The notes below the pieces were generated by a model. It was not told the DNA's origin. It worked only from the letters and a program-made list of their open reading frames with translations, and made no database searches. A program made the position numbers and the translations under genes. 64,000 nucleotides of DNA from an uncultured Rikenellaceae bacterium (GTDB lineage Bacteria > Bacteroidota > Bacteroidia > Bacteroidales > VadinHA17). Positions 17,833-26,077 of this stretch are shown one piece after another; within the stretch, counting starts at the first letter, position 1, and each line of letters begins with the position of its first letter. Where the stretch lies: NCBI GenBank assembly GCA_964633195.1, contig CAZWFL010000011.1, positions 8,932-72,931 on the forward strand, in the 5' to 3' direction.

Positions 17833-20481
17833 ATGAAGAAAAACATATTTACATATCTTCTGCTGTTTATCTCAATAAATCTGTTTTCATCCGGCAAGTA
17901 TTTTCAGTTTACATACCTGTCTGACCTTCCTCCAAATTCAGGTTACTCCAGCCAGCCCGGACTGGCAGGCCCTTATACCGGAATTGACGACAATGTTTTG
18001 ATTGTTGCCGGCGGTGCAAATTTCCCCGATAAATTACCCTGGGAAGGAGGCATAAAAACCTATTATGATGAGATTTTTATCCTTCAAAAAAATACAACAG
18101 GTAATTATGCATGGGAAAAGGCCTCTGCAAGAATCCCTTTTGCTGCTGCTTATGGCGGAGCTGTTGAAACGCCCGACGGACTGCTTTGTTTTGGTGGAAA
18201 AACTACCGACGATTTTATCTCGGAAAGTTGGTTGATTGACTACAACCCGGTAACCGGTAGCCTTGAAATCAGACCCGGCCCGGAACTCCCCGCCCCCCTT
18301 GCCAATTTTGCATTTGCCAAAGTAGATGGGAATGTGTATGTTGCCGGAGGTCTTTCAGACCTTTCAGGGTCATCCGGAAATCATTTTTTCAGGATGAATA
18401 TTACCGGCAGTAATCCATCAAACTGGAAATGGGAAGCACTTCCCCCGTGGGAAGGAAAACCCCGCGCCTTTGCCGTGGGTGTTGGGCAAAGCAACGGCGA
18501 AACCAACTGTTTTTACCTCTTTTCAGGAAGGAATGTTCAACCCGGGTCTGATCCCGAAATTTTGTACGACGCGCATGTTTACAATCCATATTTAAACCGT
18601 TGGTCTGTCATTTCAGAGGGAAAGCAAAAAGAATTTCCTGTTATGGCCGGAACGGCCTTTCCAGTGGGCGCGGCTACAATCATTTTTCCGTCGGGTGCAA
18701 ACGGAGAGATGATGAAAAAGCAACTTGAAATAGAAAACCGGATGGCTTTACTCACAAGGTCAGATGCAAACAAAGTTGAATTGGATTCTATGCAAAATGC
18801 ACTGCTCATCCATTTAAACAACCACCCGGGTTTTGGAAATCAATTAATGGCTTTTAACACCATTACGAACGAAATATACAGGGCGGGACAACTTCCGGGA
18901 ACTGATCAGGTAACTACCACAGCCGTTAAATGGGGAAATGAGGTTTTTGTACCATCCGGCGAAACCCGTCCGGGAGTGCGCACCCCCGGCACACTAAGAA
19001 TTATAATCGATAAAGAAAGCAGGCATGTTGGTTTTCTCGATGTAGTCGTTATCACGCTCTATTTTCTGACATTATCATGGATGGGTTGGTTTTTCTCCAA
19101 ACGACAAAAAAACACCGACGATTATTTTAAGGGCGGGGCCCGAGTTCCTTGGTGGGCCGCTGGTTTGAGTATTTTCGGAACAGCCCTTAGTGCCATCACA
19201 TTTATGGCCATTCCGGCTAAAACGTTTGCTACCGACTGGTCCTATTTTATGCTGAACATGACCATTTTCATGGTTGCTCCTGTCATCATTTTCCTGTTTA
19301 TTCCCTTCTATCGGAAAATGAATATTACCACAGCTTATGAATACCTGGAGGCAAGATTCAATATCGTGGTACGTTTAATCGGAAGTCTTTCTTTCATTTT
19401 ATTCCAGATAGGACGAATGGGAGTCGTGATGTTCCTTCCGTCCATCGCACTAAACGTGGTCACCGGCATCGACATTTTCGTTTGCATCGGACTGATGGGA
19501 ATCATCAGCCTGGTTTATACCATGATGGGCGGTATCGAAGCCGTTATCTGGACCGATGTGATGCAGGTAATTGTGTTGCTCGGTGGGGCCTTGTTGTCAC
19601 TTGTACTTATTATCATTGCCGTGGATGGCGGATTTGTTTCCATCGTGGAAACAGCTGTCGAAAACCATAAATTCAATGTCATTGATTTAACCTGGTCGCT
19701 TAGGCAGCCAACGGTTTGGGTGATGCTGCTGGGAGGCATTTTTGCCAATATTACTACCTACGGTACCGACCAAACCATGGTGCAGCGTTATCTTACTACA
19801 AAATCGGAAAAAGCGGCAAAACAAAGTGTTTGGACTAACGCCATATTAACTATCCCCGCTACGTTGATTTTTTTCTTTGTCGGGACAGCCTTATTTGCTT
19901 TTTATAAATACTTGCCGCATGAATTTAATCCCACCTTTCAAAACAATGATGCCATTTTCCCCTGGTATATTGCTTCCCAACTGCCTGCCGGTATTTCAGG
20001 ATTGCTGATTGCAGGTATTTTTGCTGCCGCCATGAGCAGTCTCAGTAGTAGTATGAACTCGGCGGCAACTGCATATGCAACCGATATCCATTTTAGATTT
20101 AACTGGGGCAAAAAAGCAGGTGGATTACGAGTTGCACGGATTGCAACACTTATTATCGGGTTGATCGGAATTCTCTTTGCTCTTTTTATGGCAACAATGG
20201 ATATAAAATCATTATGGGATGAATTTCAGAAAATACTTGGATTAATAATAGGAAGTCTTGGTGGTGTGTTTTTGCTGGGAATTTTATCTAAAAGGGCTAA
20301 TTCACCAGGAGCAATTTTCGGAATAATTTGTAGTGTAGCGGTTCAAGTCCTTGTAGTTGCTTACGAATCAGTACATCTCCTTATGTATTCTGCAACAGGA
20401 GTTATTTCATGTTTTATATCCGGGTATGTTGGAAGTGTTCTTTTTAAGACCAGAAAATCAGATACTGCAGGTATAAAGTAG
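17833..20481 (+). CDS. Fusion of a NanM-like Kelch mutarotase and a sodium:solute symporter (SiaT-like)
   Basis: Signal peptide from ATG 17833; VAGGANFP and SGETRPGVRTP NanM motifs; SSS motifs DYFKGG, SAITFMAIP, YEYLEARF, GGIEAVIWTD, DQTMVQRYL, AAAMSSLSS. Confidence 0.88.
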   Translation: MKKNIFTYLLLFISINLFSSGKYFQFTYLSDLPPNSGYSSQPGLAGPYTGIDDNVLIVAGGANFPDKLPWEGGIKTYYDEIFILQKNTTGNYAWEKASARIPFAAAYGGAVETPDGLLCFGGKTTDDFISESWLIDYNPVTGSLEIRPGPELPAPLANFAFAKVDGNVYVAGGLSDLSGSSGNHFFRMNITGSNPSNWKWEALPPWEGKPRAFAVGVGQSNGETNCFYLFSGRNVQPGSDPEILYDAHVYNPYLNRWSVISEGKQKEFPVMAGTAFPVGAATIIFPSGANGEMMKKQLEIENRMALLTRSDANKVELDSMQNALLIHLNNHPGFGNQLMAFNTITNEIYRAGQLPGTDQVTTTAVKWGNEVFVPSGETRPGVRTPGTLRIIIDKESRHVGFLDVVVITLYFLTLSWMGWFFSKRQKNTDDYFKGGARVPWWAAGLSIFGTALSAITFMAIPAKTFATDWSYFMLNMTIFMVAPVIIFLFIPFYRKMNITTAYEYLEARFNIVVRLIGSLSFILFQIGRMGVVMFLPSIALNVVTGIDIFVCIGLMGIISLVYTMMGGIEAVIWTDVMQVIVLLGGALLSLVLIIIAVDGGFVSIVETAVENHKFNVIDLTWSLRQPTVWVMLLGGIFANITTYGTDQTMVQRYLTTKSEKAAKQSVWTNAILTIPATLIFFFVGTALFAFYKYLPHEFNPTFQNNDAIFPWYIASQLPAGISGLLIAGIFAAAMSSLSSSMNSAATAYATDIHFRFNWGKKAGGLRVARIATLIIGLIGILFALFMATMDIKSLWDEFQKILGLIIGSLGGVFLLGILSKRANSPGAIFGIICSVAVQVLVVAYESVHLLMYSATGVISCFISGYVGSVLFKTRKSDTAGIK

Positions 20482-20511
20482 GGTATACTAATGACCTGGA
20501 AAGACGATTAT

Positions 20512-20793
20512 TTAAAAATCTACGCGGAATTCTCTATAGCCCGAAGGGGGATGCACATCAAACACAACCGATTTCACATATCCTGGTCCAGGGCCCTTCC
20601 TGCACCATTCAACAAATTCGTCCAGTTGTTCACTCTCCCCTTCTGCTTCCAGATAAACACTGCCATCAGGGCAATTTTTTACAAGTCCCGTAATGCTCCT
20701 TCTGCCAGCCTCACGAACTGCACTCCACCGGAAGCCGACTCCCTGTACACGGCCCGTGACCCGGATTTTATAGAGAATTTTTTGTTTCGTCAC
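20512..20793 (-). CDS. acyP: Acylphosphatase
   Basis: VTGRVQGVGFR and GLVKNCPDGSV signature motifs. Confidence 0.93.
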   Translation of the reverse strand: MTKQKILYKIRVTGRVQGVGFRWSAVREAGRRSITGLVKNCPDGSVYLEAEGESEQLDEFVEWCRKGPGPGYVKSVVFDVHPPSGYREFRVDF

Positions 20794-21049
20794 ACCTGTA
20801 AGTTCTGATTTACCCTCTCGTTACCACCCCTTGTATCCTTCTGCTTTTTCAAACCTGACAGTATAAACGGTGCAAGCTGGGGGTTAAAGAAGTTTCTATT
20901 AAACAAAATCTATTTGCGAAATAAAGCGACCGGTTTTGATAAAGCTAAAGTTAGACTATTTTGATCGAAAAAAATAGCCCTGATTTAGCCTTTGCTATCC
21001 AAAACTATTATTAATTTAAATGAGTATCCGGAATCAATAATATGCTTTC

Positions 21050-21136
21050 ATTGATTTTCTTCGTTAGCCCCTATCCCTAAAGGGTGCGAAGAAAATCAAT
21101 TACTCCCTTTAGGGTTGGGGCAAATAATTGATTTTC
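21050..21136. repeat. Interleaved REP-like inverted repeats
   Basis: ATTGATTTTCTTCG/CGAAGAAAATCAAT (14 bp), GCCCCTATCCCTAAAGGG/CCCTTTAGGGTTGGGGC, and a third arm AATTGATTTTC. Confidence 0.7.
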
Positions 21137-21193
21137 AGATACGATGTTATTCTTTCTTATTGATAACCGATAGTCATTTTAATTTATTGGTCG

Positions 21194-21286
21194 CCTTGGT
21201 GTTACTTCGTATTTGCCTATGTGAACTTTGTGGTAAAAAACCTTAACCACAAAGGAATTCAAAGGATTACACAAAGGTTCACAAAG
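21194..21286. repeat. Inverted array of ~10-12-nt CAAAG micro-repeats
   Basis: ...GTGAACTTTGTGGT-N11-ACCACAAAGGAATTCAAAGGATTACACAAAGGTTCACAAAG. Confidence 0.65.
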
Positions 21287-21468
21287 TTTATGAATTAATC
21301 AGGTTAGAATATCTGCGGTTGCTGTCAGAGAGGAAGTAAGGTTGGACTTTGATTATAGAAATTGTAACTTTACATAAGAAAACCGGCATAACGAAATTTA
21401 CTCAAAGCAGGTAATTAATTATCAGACAAGACACAAATGTACGCGAATATTAATAAAAAGATAAGACT

Positions 21469-22440
21469 ATGAAATACAGAAAACTGGGAAAGACCGACTG
21501 GTATGTCAGTGAGATAGGTTATGGAATGTGGGGAATGGCCGGCTGGACCGGTTCAGATGATGATGAATCATACCGTGCCCTTCAGCTGGCTGTTGACCTC
21601 GGATGTACCTTTTTTGATACCGCCTGGGGCTATGGAAGCGGTAAGAGCGAAAATATGCTGGGAAACCTGGTAAGGGCGAATAAAGAAAAGAAACTTTTCA
21701 CTGCCACAAAGATGCCACCGAAGAATTTCAAGTGGCCGGCAAGGCGTGAATTTTCGCTTGATGATTGTTATCCTCCCGGCCATATTGAAGAATATGTTGA
21801 GAAAAGTCTGATAAATGCGGGTCTGGACTATTTTGACCTGATGCAGTTCCATACATGGGAAGACCACTGGCTGGACGATGACAGGGGAATAAGGAAGATG
21901 GTTGAACTGAAGGAGAAGGGACTCTTTCATGGCATAGGTATAAGCATGAACAGGTGGGAACCATGGAATGGGATAAGGGCAGTCAGAAGTGGTTTAATTG
22001 ATACTGTTCAGGTGATTTACAATATTTTTGATCAGAATCCGGAGGATGAGCTCTTTCCTGCGTGTCGTGAAATGAATGTGGGTGTAATAGCCAGAGTGCC
22101 GTTTGATGAGGGCTCTCTGACGGGAACCCTTACCAGAGAGACCAGATGGCCTGAAGGTGACTGGCGCAATACCTATTTCGTGCCAGAAAACCTGGAGCAG
22201 AGTGTGGAGAGGGCTGATGCCCTGAAGCCACTGGTTCCGGATGGATCAACAATGGCAGATATGGCACTCAGATTTATCCTCGGAGAATCAACTGTCAGCA
22301 CGATAATCCCCGGCATGAGAAGGCCCGATCATGTAAGGACAAACATTAATGCCAGTGATGCAGGCTCTCTTAAAAGGGAGCTTATGACAGAGCTGAAGAA
22401 ACATCGCTGGGATCGCCGTCCTACAAGCTGGTCACAGTAA
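21469..22440 (+). CDS. Aldo/keto reductase
   Basis: YRKLGKT...SEIGYG, FFDTAWGYG, ATK, DLMQFH, QVIYNIF, IIPG. Confidence 0.92.
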   Translation: MKYRKLGKTDWYVSEIGYGMWGMAGWTGSDDDESYRALQLAVDLGCTFFDTAWGYGSGKSENMLGNLVRANKEKKLFTATKMPPKNFKWPARREFSLDDCYPPGHIEEYVEKSLINAGLDYFDLMQFHTWEDHWLDDDRGIRKMVELKEKGLFHGIGISMNRWEPWNGIRAVRSGLIDTVQVIYNIFDQNPEDELFPACREMNVGVIARVPFDEGSLTGTLTRETRWPEGDWRNTYFVPENLEQSVERADALKPLVPDGSTMADMALRFILGESTVSTIIPGMRRPDHVRTNINASDAGSLKRELMTELKKHRWDRRPTSWSQ

Positions 22441-22456
22441 GATCAGGACAAATCAA

Positions 22457-22930
22457 CTATTGCTGCTTGTCATACACCATTTTCTCGGTCAGATCGCCAT
22501 AGGATGAAGAAGCTACAGAGTCGAGTATCATATTACCATTATCCATTCTATAGATCTCAACAATTGAAACATCTCCAATATCGCCCCCTGCCGCCAGTTT
22601 TGATGTAACCTTCAGGGATTTTTTATCATCCGACCAGACAGCAGTTGATTTCTTCTCCATATTTTCCCATGCCATATTAATACACTCCTTACCGTCACAG
22701 GTGTATTTATCAGTTGTCTTATATTCCTGCCCCTGCATATTGGAGTGTTTCTCAATGCTGATCTCATTACCTTTATGAATCACAATGATCGTGGCCGGTG
22801 CCAGAGTGAAATCATAATTAAGATTGCTCTTAGAGCTGTTTAGCTTCCAGGCTCCGGAAAAATCAATATCCTGGGCATTAAGTGCTGAACAGAAAAGGAT
22901 AGTTATCAGAAAAACTAGTGATTTCTTCAT
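22457..22930 (-). CDS. Exported hypothetical protein (lipocalin-like)
   Basis: Signal peptide; DFSGAWKLNSSKS N-terminal motif. Confidence 0.65.
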   Translation of the reverse strand: MKKSLVFLITILFCSALNAQDIDFSGAWKLNSSKSNLNYDFTLAPATIIVIHKGNEISIEKHSNMQGQEYKTTDKYTCDGKECINMAWENMEKKSTAVWSDDKKSLKVTSKLAAGGDIGDVSIVEIYRMDNGNMILDSVASSSYGDLTEKMVYDKQQ

Positions 22931-23119
22931 TTTGTTTATTGTTAACGGTTGACATGAATCGATCGGCTAAATTAAAAATATGTGCTTTAAAAATAATCCT
23001 TTTCTTCTTCATTTAAATCCTCAAGAGTTAAAATTTTGATATTTCCGATTTTTTTTTAATTTTATAAAATAATAGTTACAAAAGGGTGATTAGCTTGAAA
23101 GTATCCGTAATTCTGAAAG

Positions 23120-24226
23120 ATGATGCCAAATTCAAATACGAAACAGAGACAGACGATAGCTGTTCTTGGAGCCGGTCATGGCGGACTTGCCATGGCTGGT
23201 CATCTGGCTATAATGGGGCACAAGGTCAACCTTTTTAACCGTGGAGAAGAGAGGCTGTGGGGAGTAAAATCATCGGGACTTATTGAGGTTACCGGAGAAA
23301 TTGAAGGTTTTGGCGAAATAAATCTTGCCACTACATCTATTGCCGAAGCAATTAAAGATGTTGAGCTTATTATGGTTGTTGTACCTGCCTGCGGACACAA
23401 GTGGATGGCAGAGCAGATGGCACCTCATCTGGTTGATGGACAAATAATTGTGTTGCACCCCGGAAGAACCTTCGGTGCCCTTGAAGTCAGGCAGGTTCTT
23501 ACCCGGATGGGATGCAAAGCCGATGTTATAATATCTGAAGCGCAAACTTTTATTTATGCATCACGTGCCACAGGTCCTTCCCAGGTGAAAATATTCAGGA
23601 TAAAACACTCGATCCCTGTAGCGTCTGTGAGGGCACACCTGATACCAACAGTGATAAACAAACTCCGGCAGTTCTATCCCCAGTTTATGCCAGGAGACAA
23701 TATCTTCAAAACAAGTCTCGAAAATATAGGAAGCGTATTTCATCCTGCACTTTGCGTCCTTAATGCCGGCTGGATCGAACACGATATTGATTTCCAATTC
23801 TATCACGAAGGAGTAACACCTTCAGTTGCCAAAGTACTTGAAAAGATCGATGCAGAACGGGTCATGGTGGCTGAAGCTCTTGGAATAATGGCAATAACAG
23901 CAAAGCAATGGCTTTATATGGCTTACAGTGCAACCGGACAAACACTGTTTCATGCCATGAAGAAAAATATAGGATACAGAGGCATTCTGGCTCCCAGAAC
24001 ATTGAAAATGAGATATCTTGATGAAGATTTACCATGCAGTCTGGTACCAATCGCTTCCATCGGAAAGATGTTCAATGTCGAGACCCCAACGATAGATTCA
24101 ATTATAAGATTAGGTTGTGAGATAAATTCTGTCGATTACTGGTCTGCCGGAAGAACCGCCGAAAATCTTGGCATTGCCGGAATGAACCTGCGTGAGATCA
24201 GGCTTATCGCTATCGGGGAAAAATAA
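23120..24226 (+). CDS. NAD(P)-dependent opine (octopine/nopaline/CENDH-type) dehydrogenase
   Basis: GAGHGG Rossmann motif; EAQTFIYASR, NIGSVFHP, FQFYHEGVTPSV, RYLDEDLP motifs of N-(1-carboxyethyl)-amino acid dehydrogenases. Confidence 0.88.
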   Translation: MMPNSNTKQRQTIAVLGAGHGGLAMAGHLAIMGHKVNLFNRGEERLWGVKSSGLIEVTGEIEGFGEINLATTSIAEAIKDVELIMVVVPACGHKWMAEQMAPHLVDGQIIVLHPGRTFGALEVRQVLTRMGCKADVIISEAQTFIYASRATGPSQVKIFRIKHSIPVASVRAHLIPTVINKLRQFYPQFMPGDNIFKTSLENIGSVFHPALCVLNAGWIEHDIDFQFYHEGVTPSVAKVLEKIDAERVMVAEALGIMAITAKQWLYMAYSATGQTLFHAMKKNIGYRGILAPRTLKMRYLDEDLPCSLVPIASIGKMFNVETPTIDSIIRLGCEINSVDYWSAGRTAENLGIAGMNLREIRLIAIGEK

Positions 24227-24238
24227 AAACATATCATT

Positions 24239-25864
24239 ATGAAGAGTATTATGGGAGCTGCCATTGGCAGTTGCGTTCATGTTGGCGGTTTGCACCATTT
24301 TCTTAAGCTGGCTGAAGCAGAAGGTTTTAAAACTGTTTCGTATGGTCCGGCAGTACCTGTCAGAAGGCTCGTCAGGTTAATGTCTGAAGAGGCACCGGAT
24401 ATAACAGCAATAAGCTACCGCCTGACACCGGAAACCGCTTCAGAGCTTTTCAGTGAACTTAAGCAGGCACTTGAAGAGGCAGGACTCAGGAATCCCAGGC
24501 TGATATTCGGAGGAACTCCTCCTGTTGCTGATGAAGCTGAGAAATCGGGATTGTTTGAGCGTGTATTTAACGGCACGGAACCTGTTGAAGCGATCAAATC
24601 GTATCTCAGGGGAGGAAAGGATGAATTATCTGAGAAATCCTTCGAACATACTCTGGTGGGCAGGATTAACCAGAAATATCCTTATCCCCTGATAAGACAT
24701 CACTTTGGCAGACCATCTCTTGAGGAGACAATAAGAGGGGTGGAAAAGATTGCAGAGGCCGGAGTTCTTGATGTCCTGTCAATAGGTCCTGACCAGAATG
24801 CGCAGGAGTTTTTCTTTCATCCCGAAAAGATGAACAGGAGTCATGACGGTGCCGGAGGGGTTCCTGTAAGGAAACCTGAAGACCTTGAAGCAATCTACCA
24901 TAGCACAAGACGTGGTAATTATCCACTGGTCAGATGCTATGCCGGGACCCGCGACCTTCTGAAATGGGCTGAGATGAGCGTCAGGACGATAAACAACGCG
25001 TGGGCAGCCATTCCCCTTTGCTGGTACAGTGTGATCGACGGACGATCAACCCGCCCGATCCACGAGGCCATTAAGGAGAACAAGGAGGTCATGAAGTGGT
25101 ACGCCGGGAAAGGAATCCCTGTTGAAGTAAATGAATCTCATCAGTGGAGCCTGAGGAATGCGCATGATTCACTTGCAGTTACAATGGCGTTTCTTGCAGC
25201 GTATAACGCCAAAAAGATGGGTGTCAGCCATTATGTTTCACAATATATGTTCAATAATCCTCCGGGCACAACACCTGAAATGGATATTGCCAAGATGCTG
25301 GCTAAAAATGAACTTATAGAGGAACTGTGTGATGACTCATTCTCTTTTTTTCGGGAGGTAAGGGCCGGACTGGCACATTTTTCAACAGATTCTTCATTCG
25401 CACAGGGTCAGCTTGCTGCATCTGCAGTGGTCAGCCTTGCCCTGAAGCCTCATATCCTGCATGTGGTGGGGTTCAGCGAGGCTGATCATGCAATATTTGC
25501 CGATGAACTGATACAGAGCTGTAGTATTATACACGGAGTGCTTCATAATACTCTTTATGGAATGCCTGATCTAACTGTTGATGAGACAGTCACAACAAGA
25601 AAGAATGAACTGAAGTCAGAAGCCCGTGTGCTCCTCGAAGAACTTAAAAGAAGGGGCAACGGAGTAAGTGATGATCCATGGTCAGATCCACGCATCATAG
25701 CCGACGCAATTGAAAAAGGGTTGTTTGACACACCCCATTTCCAGGGAAATCCTTATCTTTGCGGGAAAATACTTACCAGGCTGATCAACGGAGCCTGGTA
25801 TGCTATCGATCCCTCAACGGGAGAAAAGCTTAATGAAACAGATCGAATAAATATATCCGGATGA
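24239..25864 (+). CDS. Cobalamin-binding domain plus TIM-barrel protein, putative AdoCbl-dependent mutase of unknown function
   Basis: N-terminal B12-binding Rossmann domain (CVHVGG, equivalent to DxHxxG; SYRL; FGG) followed by an ~400-aa alpha/beta domain; no radical-SAM CxxxCxxC motif. Confidence 0.75.
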   Translation: MKSIMGAAIGSCVHVGGLHHFLKLAEAEGFKTVSYGPAVPVRRLVRLMSEEAPDITAISYRLTPETASELFSELKQALEEAGLRNPRLIFGGTPPVADEAEKSGLFERVFNGTEPVEAIKSYLRGGKDELSEKSFEHTLVGRINQKYPYPLIRHHFGRPSLEETIRGVEKIAEAGVLDVLSIGPDQNAQEFFFHPEKMNRSHDGAGGVPVRKPEDLEAIYHSTRRGNYPLVRCYAGTRDLLKWAEMSVRTINNAWAAIPLCWYSVIDGRSTRPIHEAIKENKEVMKWYAGKGIPVEVNESHQWSLRNAHDSLAVTMAFLAAYNAKKMGVSHYVSQYMFNNPPGTTPEMDIAKMLAKNELIEELCDDSFSFFREVRAGLAHFSTDSSFAQGQLAASAVVSLALKPHILHVVGFSEADHAIFADELIQSCSIIHGVLHNTLYGMPDLTVDETVTTRKNELKSEARVLLEELKRRGNGVSDDPWSDPRIIADAIEKGLFDTPHFQGNPYLCGKILTRLINGAWYAIDPSTGEKLNETDRINISG

Positions 25865-25984
25865 AACCCACATCCCGATTAATCGGGATAAACATGCATA
25901 TATATAATTTTCAACCGACCGAAGCGAGCTCGACGAAGTCAAACATATGGGTTCTCCCGCTTAGACGGGACAGGCTATCAGACC
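25861..25984. repeat. Dispersed stem-loop/MITE-like element, copy 2, with nested palindromes
   Basis: Homologous to 12880-12980; contains the perfect 18-bp palindrome ATCCCGATTAATCGGGAT (25872-25889). Confidence 0.75.
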
Positions 25985-26077
25985 AATAAAAAATAAATTA
26001 TATACTGATAAAATATTATTGTTAATAATTAACCGATAACTACATATAATAGAAATAAATACAGAGAGAAACAGATT

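Noticed and set aside
20821-20883. Minus-strand tail PPACTVYTVRFEKAEGYKGW* just upstream of acyP, possibly a truncated gene
   Set aside because: Only 20 codons and I cannot assign a family; needs blastx.
10173-21286. Integrative element or prophage at tRNA-Lys
   Set aside because: No integrase, transposase or phage gene seen, and no distal tRNA 3'-end repeat noticed near 20.5-21.3 kb; only a decayed island can be supported.
21050-21286. Possible CRISPR array
   Set aside because: The repeats are inverted or ~10-nt periodic, with no constant 25-45-nt direct repeat and unique spacers, and no cas genes are present.
24239-25864. B12-dependent radical SAM enzyme or methionine synthase
   Set aside because: No CxxxCxxC motif, and no homocysteine-, pterin- or activation-domain signatures.
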